Source: Candidatus Fermentibacterota bacterium
Lineage (GTDB): Bacteria; Fermentibacterota; Fermentibacteria; Fermentibacterales; Fermentibacteraceae
Assembly: GCA_963718745.1 (NCBI GenBank)
Contig: OY970370.1
Location: forward strand, 1,095,904-1,159,903
Reading direction: 5' to 3'
DNA: 64,000 nt
Position numbers and translations under genes: made by a program. The notes under the pieces were generated by a model. That model saw nothing but the letters and a program-made list of their open reading frames with translations. It was not told the DNA's origin and did no database searches. This document shows, in pieces, positions 57,010-64,000 of the stretch. The stretch's first letter is position 1. Each line of letters begins with the position of its first letter.

Positions 57010-57138
57010 GCGAACTCCTTTCAGAGGCCCGGCACACTCCGAAAATCCACCTGGACATGCCTTCACCGGATGCGGCAGTCCCGGGGGATCCCCTTGCGGA
57101 GTCGCCGCACGGGTCCCGGGTGCTGTCCGCGGATGCTG

Positions 57139-58416
57139 TCAGATCCTGCCCGGCTCGTGCGCCCTCAGGTACGAATTCACCGCCAGGAGGACGGTCAGTG
57201 CCCCGAGTGTGGCGGACACTATTGTCGCCAGGGCGGCTCCCAGGCCACCCAGGACGGGGATCAGGATCGCGTTCAGACCCACATTGAGAATGGCGGTCAG
57301 GATCACCGACCGCAGCGAGTACTCGGGTTTGCCCAGGCCGCAGGCCACAGACGAGAAGAGGCTCCCGACTGGCTTGAACAGGTTGAGGATGGCGAGGGCC
57401 GTCACCACGGGCCATCCCTCCGTGTACCTGCCGTCGAACAGGAGATCCAGGATCTGCCTCGGGAAGATGGCGAACACCGCGATCAGAGGTATCTGGATGG
57501 CTTCGACGATGGCGATGCCCTGCCAGGTCCTGGCGGCCACCCCGGGGGTCCTGCCGGTGCTCTGCATCCGCGAGACAAGCGGAAGGAGCACGATGTTGGC
57601 AGCCTGGTTCAGGTTGGCGACGAACATCGTGAGGCTCCTGGCGACCCCGTAGGTGGCCACGTCGCCGGGAGCCATCTTCCCGAGCATGAGTATGTCGGTC
57701 CAGGAATAGATGTAGGCGGCGAGGGAAGTTCCCAGCGTATAGACCGAGAATCTCCAGACAGCCTTGATCCCGTCCCGGGTCGCCCTCACGCCCCGCTCGA
57801 AGAATCTTCCGCCCGTGCGCAGGAGGACGAGGAGGCAGATCGCATTGGAGGCTGACTGGGCGAGGAAGATCGAATGAGGCGTCGAGAGCCTGCCGGTCTG
57901 CACGAGGTAGACTACTATCGATACCCTGACCGCGAACCCCGAAAGGTCGCCCCACATCACCGCCCTGGTGTTCTGGACGGCGATGAGGTTGTTCCTGGGG
58001 ATGGCGCAGATCCCCTCGGTCACCACCAGGAGCGCGAGCACCTCGGGAAGGCCGGAGAGCGGGATCTGGTCATAGAATGATCTGAAGAGGCCGCCTCCGG
58101 CCAGGAGGATCCCTGCGCCGGCGAGGATCAGTACCATGGATAGAGCTGCGGCGGAGTTCACTATGTCGCCGCGCCTGCGCCCCTCGCCCTCCGAGGCGAA
58201 CTTGAGGAGCGCCTGCATGACGAAGCCGCCGCCGACGACGACAGCCAGGATCTCGACAGTCTTGCCGAGGGCGAACGCGGCGTACTGCTCCTCGGGAAGG
58301 ACCCTGGCGACGAGCAGGGTGATTACTCCCCAGACGGCGTTGCTGCCCTGGCTGACGAGGGCGGGCAGCCCTATGGAGACGATCTTGCCCCGGGAGGCGA
58401 GTATCTCGCGGATCAA
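57139..58416 (-). CDS. wzx: Polysaccharide flippase, Wzx-like (MOP superfamily)
   Basis: 425-aa polytopic membrane protein with the polysaccharide-biosynthesis (PST) family N-terminus. Confidence 0.75.
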   Translation of the reverse strand: MIREILASRGKIVSIGLPALVSQGSNAVWGVITLLVARVLPEEQYAAFALGKTVEILAVVVGGGFVMQALLKFASEGEGRRRGDIVNSAAALSMVLILAGAGILLAGGGLFRSFYDQIPLSGLPEVLALLVVTEGICAIPRNNLIAVQNTRAVMWGDLSGFAVRVSIVVYLVQTGRLSTPHSIFLAQSASNAICLLVLLRTGGRFFERGVRATRDGIKAVWRFSVYTLGTSLAAYIYSWTDILMLGKMAPGDVATYGVARSLTMFVANLNQAANIVLLPLVSRMQSTGRTPGVAARTWQGIAIVEAIQIPLIAVFAIFPRQILDLLFDGRYTEGWPVVTALAILNLFKPVGSLFSSVACGLGKPEYSLRSVILTAILNVGLNAILIPVLGGLGAALATIVSATLGALTVLLAVNSYLRAHEPGRI

Positions 58417-58429
58417 GAAAGGGGTTCCC

Positions 58430-59659
58430 TCAGCGCCTGAGCCGGGCCGGGACCTGCTGCCGGAGCTCCCCGAAGAACCGCCTCCAGAAGGCCGCCTTCT
58501 CGGGATCCCTCATGATCCTGCCGAGGTAGGCCGCCACGGTCAGCCACAGGCATCCCAGCAGGAATGCGACCGCGGTGAATCCGAGGACCGTGATCGTACG
58601 GCGGGGGAAGGTCCTCTCCTTGGGAGCCACGGGAGGCTGGATTATCTCGAGCGTCGGGCTCTCGCGGGCCTCCTCTATCCTCAGGCTCTCGAGCTGCTGT
58701 CTCAGCATCAGCACGAGCGTGGTCTTCATCTCGACGTCGAGGTACAGGTTCTCGTAGGCCCTCATGTCGGCGGGCAGGCTGTCCATGGAGGGGAAGACGC
58801 TCAGGCTGTCGCCGGGACCGAGCCGGGCGCCCAGCCCGCTCTCGAGGGAGGCGATCCTGGCAGCCAGCTCGCGCGCCGCAGGGCTGCCGCTGGAAAGCGT
58901 CGCCGCGGCTCCGGCCAGCTCCGACCTGGCGAGGAGCAGCTCCGATTCGACCTGGCCCAGCGCCAGGATCATGGCGGAACCCTGCTCCGCAGGCAGGATG
59001 AGGCCGCTCTCGGATCGGAACGCCTCGAGTCTCGCCTGCGCGGAGTCGAGGGAGTCCGAGGCCGCGGAAAGTAGCCTCTCGGCTTCGATGCGGGCGCGTC
59101 TGGCGCGGCTCGTGACAAGGCTCGCGAGATCCTCGTTGGCGAAGGAGAGGATGTCCGAGGCGATGGATGCAGCCTCCTCGCGGGTCTCGCCCATGGCCGT
59201 GACGACGAAAAGGCCGTCCGTCGTCAGTGTCGCGCCCACCCTCCTGGAGAGCAGTTTCAGGGCGTCGTCCATCGACCTGGAGTGCCATCTGCGCATCAGG
59301 TCGTAGCGTATGACGATCCTCTCCATGACAGCGCGCGAGGTGAGCACGGCCTCGACTACTCCTATGTCCGCTCCTCCGGTGGTGCCCATCTCCGTCGTCA
59401 GGGAGGAGGCGAGGTCCCCGAGCGAGGAGCCCATGACTCCGGGGAGAAGCCCCGAGAGCGCTCCGAGGCCGCCCGAGGAAGTCGCACCCGGGACGGATGC
59501 GACAGCCGTCGCCGTGAATCTTGGCTTCACGACGAGCGTGTAGACCGATGCAGCGACTGCGACGAACAGGCACAGGACGGCGAGTTTCCTGAGGCTCCGT
59601 GCGATCAGGAGGAGGGCTTCGCCGGCAAGCCCGCCGAGAGGCGTGTCTTCGGTGCTCAT
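58430..59659 (-). CDS. wzz: Polysaccharide co-polymerase, Wzz/GumC-like, without a kinase domain
   Basis: 409 aa. N-terminal and C-terminal TM helices flank a periplasmic coiled-coil region. Confidence 0.7.
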   Translation of the reverse strand: MSTEDTPLGGLAGEALLLIARSLRKLAVLCLFVAVAASVYTLVVKPRFTATAVASVPGATSSGGLGALSGLLPGVMGSSLGDLASSLTTEMGTTGGADIGVVEAVLTSRAVMERIVIRYDLMRRWHSRSMDDALKLLSRRVGATLTTDGLFVVTAMGETREEAASIASDILSFANEDLASLVTSRARRARIEAERLLSAASDSLDSAQARLEAFRSESGLILPAEQGSAMILALGQVESELLLARSELAGAAATLSSGSPAARELAARIASLESGLGARLGPGDSLSVFPSMDSLPADMRAYENLYLDVEMKTTLVLMLRQQLESLRIEEARESPTLEIIQPPVAPKERTFPRRTITVLGFTAVAFLLGCLWLTVAAYLGRIMRDPEKAAFWRRFFGELRQQVPARLRR

Positions 59660-60831
59660 TGGCTAAGGTTGATCACTATCGCGGCCGTGCTCACGATGGC
59701 CCCGAGTATGACGAACATGTCCGTGTTCCTGGTCGCCCATTTGTAGGGAACCTCCACGATATCGCCGGGAACGGGCTCCGATTCGGACGCCTCGCTCCCG
59801 GAAGCGATCACCATTCCATTCCTGATGAGCCTCAGACCTCCGGTGGAGGCCTGCGGGAGGATGCCGCCGGCCATCTGCACATAGTCGAGCGCCCGCGTGC
59901 CGGCAACCCAGTCCTTGACTCCGGGTCCCGCGACCGCCCCGGACACCGTGACTGTCGTAGCGGCACGCGCCAGGAACAGTGTATCGCCGGGGAAGACGAG
60001 GATGCCGGCGATCCCGCTGTCACTCCAGATGGGAAGCATCTCTCCGGATCTCGACAGGCGGGACTGTCCCGGATCGAAATCAGCCCCCGCCCCCCCGGTC
60101 ATCTCCAGGAAGGAAGGGAGCCCGATCGGTTCGTCGACCTCCCAGGCCTGTATCATCGGGAGGATGGGATCCCCGACGACCGCCTGCTGTGACTGCCTGA
60201 CTATGTAGACCGGGTTCTCGCAGGTCTGGAAGAGCACGGTCGAGCCGCCCTCGAGGAGCGGGTCGGAGCGGGATCCGTGGGTTGCCGGATCGATTCGCAG
60301 GTCGAACCGGGTCGAATCGCCTGGGGTGAACACCCAGCCGGTCCTCGAACAGGTGGCCGTGGGGCCGCATGCATCGAGCAGGTCCGCCACTGTCTGGAGC
60401 GCATACATCGAGTAGTCCCCGGGGTCGGAGACGGCCCCCGATGCCCTCACGCGCACGAGCCTGGGGCTGGAGAGCGAGATCCCGATCCTGATCCCGGGAT
60501 AGTAGCTGCGCAGGAGGCGGGCGATCTCGAGTTCGGCTTCCGAGATGGACAGACCCCCGACCGCTATGTGTCCGAGACCGGAGATGCCCAGCTCGCCATC
60601 CGAGGAGACGGTGCAATAGGATTGCGGGAAAAGCCCGGAGGCCAGTGCGGCCGGGCTCGCGCCCCCCTCCACGATGACTTCGAGGACGTCTCCCGGACCG
60701 AGGACATATGCATCCCTGTCGGCCGGTTCGAACGCCAGCGGCATGGCGGCCGCCTGCTGGGGGGTGGATGGCATCTGGAGCGAAGGCAGCGACAGGAGCG
60801 CCGCCAGGACGGACATGAGCATCAGAGACAT
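59656..60831 (-). CDS. wza: Outer-membrane polysaccharide export protein, Wza/OPX-like
   Basis: 391 aa. Poly_export motif [17 protein letters not shown]-like repeats and a C-terminal hydrophobic helix ([18 protein letters not shown]). Overlaps the wzz start by 4 nt. Confidence 0.75.
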   Translation of the reverse strand: MSLMLMSVLAALLSLPSLQMPSTPQQAAAMPLAFEPADRDAYVLGPGDVLEVIVEGGASPAALASGLFPQSYCTVSSDGELGISGLGHIAVGGLSISEAELEIARLLRSYYPGIRIGISLSSPRLVRVRASGAVSDPGDYSMYALQTVADLLDACGPTATCSRTGWVFTPGDSTRFDLRIDPATHGSRSDPLLEGGSTVLFQTCENPVYIVRQSQQAVVGDPILPMIQAWEVDEPIGLPSFLEMTGGAGADFDPGQSRLSRSGEMLPIWSDSGIAGILVFPGDTLFLARAATTVTVSGAVAGPGVKDWVAGTRALDYVQMAGGILPQASTGGLRLIRNGMVIASGSEASESEPVPGDIVEVPYKWATRNTDMFVILGAIVSTAAIVINLSQ

Positions 60832-61757
60832 AGTTTCTCCCGGAAGTATGAGATCGTCTTCTCCAACCCCTCCTCGAAGCCTACACGGGGCTCCCAGCCG
60901 AGGGCGGCCCGCGCCCTGGAGATATCGGGTCGCCTCACCCGCGGGTCATCCACCGGAAGGGGCTGGAAGACGGTCCTGCAGCCGGATCCTATCGTCCCGG
61001 CAATGGCTTCGGCGAAGCGGAGAACGGTCATCTCGTCCGGATTGCCGATGTTCACCGGACCCGGATCGTCGCTCAGAGCCAGCCTGACGAGACCCTCGAC
61101 GGTATCGGAGACATAGCAGAAGCTCCGCGTCTGGCTCCCGTCTCCGAAGACGGTCAGATCCTCCCCCCGGAGGGCCTGGCAGATGAAGGCGGGGACCACC
61201 CTCCCGTCGTCCGCCCGCATGCGGGGGCCGTATGTGTTGAAGATCCTCGCGACCCGGGTGCGGAGGCCGTGGTATCTCATGTAGGCGAACACCAGCGCTT
61301 CAGCGAAGCGTTTCGCTTCGTCGTAGACGCCGCGCGGGCCCACGGGGTTCACGTTGCCCCAGTAGTCCTCCGGCTGCGGATGGACCAGGGGGTCTCCGTA
61401 GACCTCGCTCGTGGAGGCGAGCAGGAAGCCTGCCTTCTTCTCGAGGGCGAGTCCCAGGGCCTTGTGGGTCCCCAGGGCGCCGACCTTGAGAGTCTGGATC
61501 GGGTAGGTCAGGTAGTCGACGGGGCTTGCGGGGGACGCCAGGTGGAATACGAAGTCGAGGGGTCCGCTCACGAAGATGTACTCGGTGACGTCGTGGTGGA
61601 TGAAATGGAAGCGGGGATTCCCTGCGAGATGGCAGATGTTGTCCGTGCTCCCCGTGATGAGATTGTCCAGCGCCAGCACGTCGTGCCCGTCTCCGACCAG
61701 GCGGTCGCAGAGATGGCTGCCGATGAACCCGGCTCCGCCCGTGACAAGCACCCTCAT
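60822..61757 (-). CDS. uxs: UDP-glucuronate decarboxylase (UDP-xylose synthase), SDR family
   Basis: 311 aa from ATG 61757 ([16 protein letters not shown]...). The catalytic block [12 protein letters not shown]. The 701-aa track ORF is a spurious extension. Confidence 0.85.
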   Translation of the reverse strand: MRVLVTGGAGFIGSHLCDRLVGDGHDVLALDNLITGSTDNICHLAGNPRFHFIHHDVTEYIFVSGPLDFVFHLASPASPVDYLTYPIQTLKVGALGTHKALGLALEKKAGFLLASTSEVYGDPLVHPQPEDYWGNVNPVGPRGVYDEAKRFAEALVFAYMRYHGLRTRVARIFNTYGPRMRADDGRVVPAFICQALRGEDLTVFGDGSQTRSFCYVSDTVEGLVRLALSDDPGPVNIGNPDEMTVLRFAEAIAGTIGSGCRTVFQPLPVDDPRVRRPDISRARAALGWEPRVGFEEGLEKTISYFREKLCL

Positions 61758-62782
61758 CGGATCCCGCCCGCCGGTGTTCCGGAGGAGAGCCTGCCGCCAT
61801 ACAGGGAGGCGTAGTACTCCCTGAATCGGCCGCTCTTTATGTCCTCCCACCATTTCCTGTTGGCCGCGTACCACTCGACGGTCCGCGCCATGCCCTCCTC
61901 GAATCCGACCGAGGGCGACCACCCCAGCTCGCTCCTGATCCTCGAGGTGTCCAGGGCATATCTCCTGTCGTGTCCGGGCCTGTCGGCTATCATCGTCACC
62001 AGGGAGGGATCCGATCCGGTCAGCCTTATCAGGGCCGACGTGACCTCGATGTTGGAATGCTCCTCGCCGGCCCCGATGTTGTAGATCCTCCCCGGGATGC
62101 CCCTGTCGATCACCGCGAGCAGGGCGCTGCAGTGGTCCTCGACGTGGAGCCAGTCCCGCCGGTTCAGCCCGTCCCCGTAGAGAGGCAGACTGATGCCCTC
62201 GAAGCAGTTCGTGACGAACAGGGGGATCAGCTTCTCGGGATACTGGTACGGTCCGTAGTTGTTGGAGGCCCGGGTCACGATCACCGGGGTCCCCCAGGTG
62301 TGGAAGAAGCTCATCGCGAGAAGCTCGCCTCCCGCCTTCGAGGCGGAGTAGGGGCTGCGCGGCTCGAGGGGATCGCTCTCGGTCGACCTCCCGGTCTCGA
62401 CACTCCCGTAGACCTCGTCGGTCGAAATCTGGACGAAGAGCTTCCCGCCCGCGTTCCTGAAGGCCTCCAGAAGGGTCCTCACCCCTTCGACGTCGGTTCT
62501 CACGAAGGCGGCAGGATCGTCGATGGATCTGTCCACGTGGGTCTCTGCCGCGAAGTTGACCACCAGCCCGCAACCCTGGATCGCGGATTCCACCGCCTCC
62601 GGATCGCAGATGTCGCCGATCCTGAAGTCCAGCCTGCCCTCGAGGTCGGCCAGGTTCTCGCGCCTCCCTGCGTAGGTCAGCTTGTCCAGGACGCGGATTT
62701 CCCAGTCCGGACGCTCGGCGGACAGGCGGCGGACGAAGTTGCTGCCTATGAACCCGGCGCCACCCGTTATGAGCGCCCTCAC
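61754..62782 (-). CDS. rmlB: dTDP-glucose 4,6-dehydratase
   Basis: 342 aa. GTG start at 62782 (the track shows V at this position, ...[16 protein letters not shown]). The [11 protein letters not shown] catalytic motif. Overlaps uxs by 4 nt. Confidence 0.85.
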   Translation of the reverse strand: MRALITGGAGFIGSNFVRRLSAERPDWEIRVLDKLTYAGRRENLADLEGRLDFRIGDICDPEAVESAIQGCGLVVNFAAETHVDRSIDDPAAFVRTDVEGVRTLLEAFRNAGGKLFVQISTDEVYGSVETGRSTESDPLEPRSPYSASKAGGELLAMSFFHTWGTPVIVTRASNNYGPYQYPEKLIPLFVTNCFEGISLPLYGDGLNRRDWLHVEDHCSALLAVIDRGIPGRIYNIGAGEEHSNIEVTSALIRLTGSDPSLVTMIADRPGHDRRYALDTSRIRSELGWSPSVGFEEGMARTVEWYAANRKWWEDIKSGRFREYYASLYGGRLSSGTPAGGIR

Positions 62783-63528
62783 AGGACGCGGCCCTCTGCC
62801 GCAAGCCTCCGGGATAGCTCGGCCACGCGGACGTTGGCGTCGAGATAGCCGTCGATGCTCGATCCGGCATCGCTCCACCAGCCCTCGAGTATGTCGGCCT
62901 GGAGGAGTCCCCTCTCCAGATAGGCATTGTTGAGATCGGTGACCTCGAGCTCCCCCCGGGCGGACGGCTGCAGCCTGGAGATGTAGTCGAAGGCGAAGCC
63001 GTCGTACATGTACACCCCGATCACGGCGTGGCTGCTGCGCGGAGCGGCGGGCTTCTCCTCGATGGAGACGACCCTGCTGCCGTCCAGTTCGGCGACTCCG
63101 TAATCCCTTGGGTTCGAGACCTCCTTGAGCAGTATCCTGGCACCTCCGGCCTGGCGCTCGAAGGCCTCCACGTACTTCCTGATGGAGCACTCGAGGATGT
63201 TGTCCCCGAGGATGACCACGAACCGGTCGCCTCCGACGAAGGCGCTGGTGAGGCCGATGGCCTCGGCTATGCCGCCCTCTTTCACCTGATAGGCGTAGTT
63301 GAGTATCCGGAGCCCGAACTGCGAGCCGTCCCCCAGCAGCCGGAGGAAGTCCCCGGCACTGCTCCCGCCCGTGACGATCATCACCTCGGTGATGCCCGCC
63401 GAGACGAGCGTCCGAAGGGGGTAGAAGATCATCGGCTTGTCATAGAGGGGAAGGAGATGCTTGTTTGTGATGTTGGTCAGAGGCCTCAGCCTGGTTCCCA
63501 GGCCGCCTGCCAGAATGACGCCCTTCAT
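62779..63528 (-). CDS. rmlA: Glucose-1-phosphate thymidylyltransferase (short-form sugar nucleotidyltransferase)
   Basis: 249 aa, [18 protein letters not shown]... A GGAGG lies upstream. Overlaps rmlB by 4 nt. Confidence 0.8.
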   Translation of the reverse strand: MKGVILAGGLGTRLRPLTNITNKHLLPLYDKPMIFYPLRTLVSAGITEVMIVTGGSSAGDFLRLLGDGSQFGLRILNYAYQVKEGGIAEAIGLTSAFVGGDRFVVILGDNILECSIRKYVEAFERQAGGARILLKEVSNPRDYGVAELDGSRVVSIEEKPAAPRSSHAVIGVYMYDGFAFDYISRLQPSARGELEVTDLNNAYLERGLLQADILEGWWSDAGSSIDGYLDANVRVAELSRRLAAEGRVL

Positions 63529-63543
63529 GCCGCCTCCGCCGCC

Positions 63544-64000
63544 CTACCGAACCAGGGCCAGCCCCGTTAGAGCCTCGTATCCCTCCTGGATCACCTGGAC
63601 GACATAGATTCCGCTGGGAGCAGGCTCGCCGTCCGAATCCAGCCCGTCCCAGGCTATCCCGTCCCTGTTCGGAGCGGCAGACTCATATACAAGCGCGCCC
63701 GCCAGGTCAAACACGCGGATGGTCGTGGGGATGTCCTCCAGTCCTGCCACGCCCAGAACCTCGCCCGATCCCGGCATGAAGGGATTCGGATAGAGGATGG
63801 CAGCCTCTCCGTCTCCGGACAGGCCCGAGCCCAGTTCGACCCTCCACATCCCGTGGTCCGTCCCTACGAAGAGGGCTCCGCGGTTCCTGTCGCACGCCAG
63901 GTCGTACACCGCAGTCGAGAGGATCGGGCAGTTGAGCGTGTTGTATTCCTCGATCCCACCGTCCGGCAGCAGCCTGTACATCGCTTCGTTCGTGGCAGCC
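63544..64000 (-). CDS. C-terminal part of a T9SS CTD-bearing secreted protein (partial; continues past the window end)
   Basis: The reading frame is open to position 64000. The last roughly 90 aa form a Por-secretion C-terminal domain (ILYPNPFMPGSGEV...WDGLDSDGEPAPSGIYVVQV). Upstream repeats resemble beta-propeller (Y_Y_Y) blades. Confidence 0.7.
   Translation of the reverse strand, partial: AATNEAMYRLLPDGGIEEYNTLNCPILSTAVYDLACDRNRGALFVGTDHGMWRVELGSGLSGDGEAAILYPNPFMPGSGEVLGVAGLEDIPTTIRVFDLAGALVYESAAPNRDGIAWDGLDSDGEPAPSGIYVVQVIQEGYEALTGLALVR

Overview
This 64-kb window is a high-GC (about 67-68%) bacterial chromosomal segment with almost no non-coding DNA.

Part 1, what is here:
- Positions 77-14,649 carry the universally conserved str/rif cluster on the minus strand: rpsG, rpsL, rpoC, rpoB, rplL, rplJ, rplA, rplK, nusG, secE, tRNA-Trp, rpmG and tuf, preceded by a four-tRNA array (Thr-TGT, Tyr-GTA, Gly-TCC, Thr-GGT) and a candidate sigma70 promoter.
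- The rest is accessory-like: a lipoprotein plus LolD/FtsX-type ABC module; a TPR protein with a C-terminal outer-membrane beta-barrel; uppP; lysC; two GT4 glycosyltransferases; a tldD-pmbA operon ending in a DnaQ-like/GIY-YIG fusion gene; a TSUP permease; a nucleotide-sugar dehydrogenase; a DUF362 Fe-S protein; another GT4; a pseudo-receiver GAF/PAS GGDEF protein; pyruvate phosphate dikinase; a TPR/HTH protein; two tandem roughly 1250-aa C25 (gingipain/PorU-like) peptidase paralogs with T9SS C-terminal sorting domains; an orphan LolE-like permease coupled to a transglutaminase-like protein and a lipoprotein with two retropepsin-like domains plus PDZ; a CCA tRNA nucleotidyltransferase; and an exopolysaccharide export/precursor operon (rmlA-rmlB-uxs-wza-wzz-wzx-Isf flavoprotein).

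Part 2, main leads:
- A 220-bp AT-rich element bounded by perfect 28-bp inverted repeats, upstream of the tRNA-tuf promoter.
- A 71-aa extremely acidic ORF convergent with the nuclease-fusion gene.
- The tldD-pmbA-pseudoexonuclease/GIY-YIG operon.
- A poly-G tract at the 5' end of the TSUP gene that looks like a frame switch.
- The T9SS-cargo protease island with a single-chain double-retropepsin lipoprotein.
- A (GATGA)n repeat overlapping the stop codon of the first C25 peptidase.

Coordinates of RNA genes, hairpins and repeats were read by eye and may be off by a few nucleotides. CDS ends are anchored to the supplied ORF track, with starts refined by homology, RBS and signal-peptide logic.
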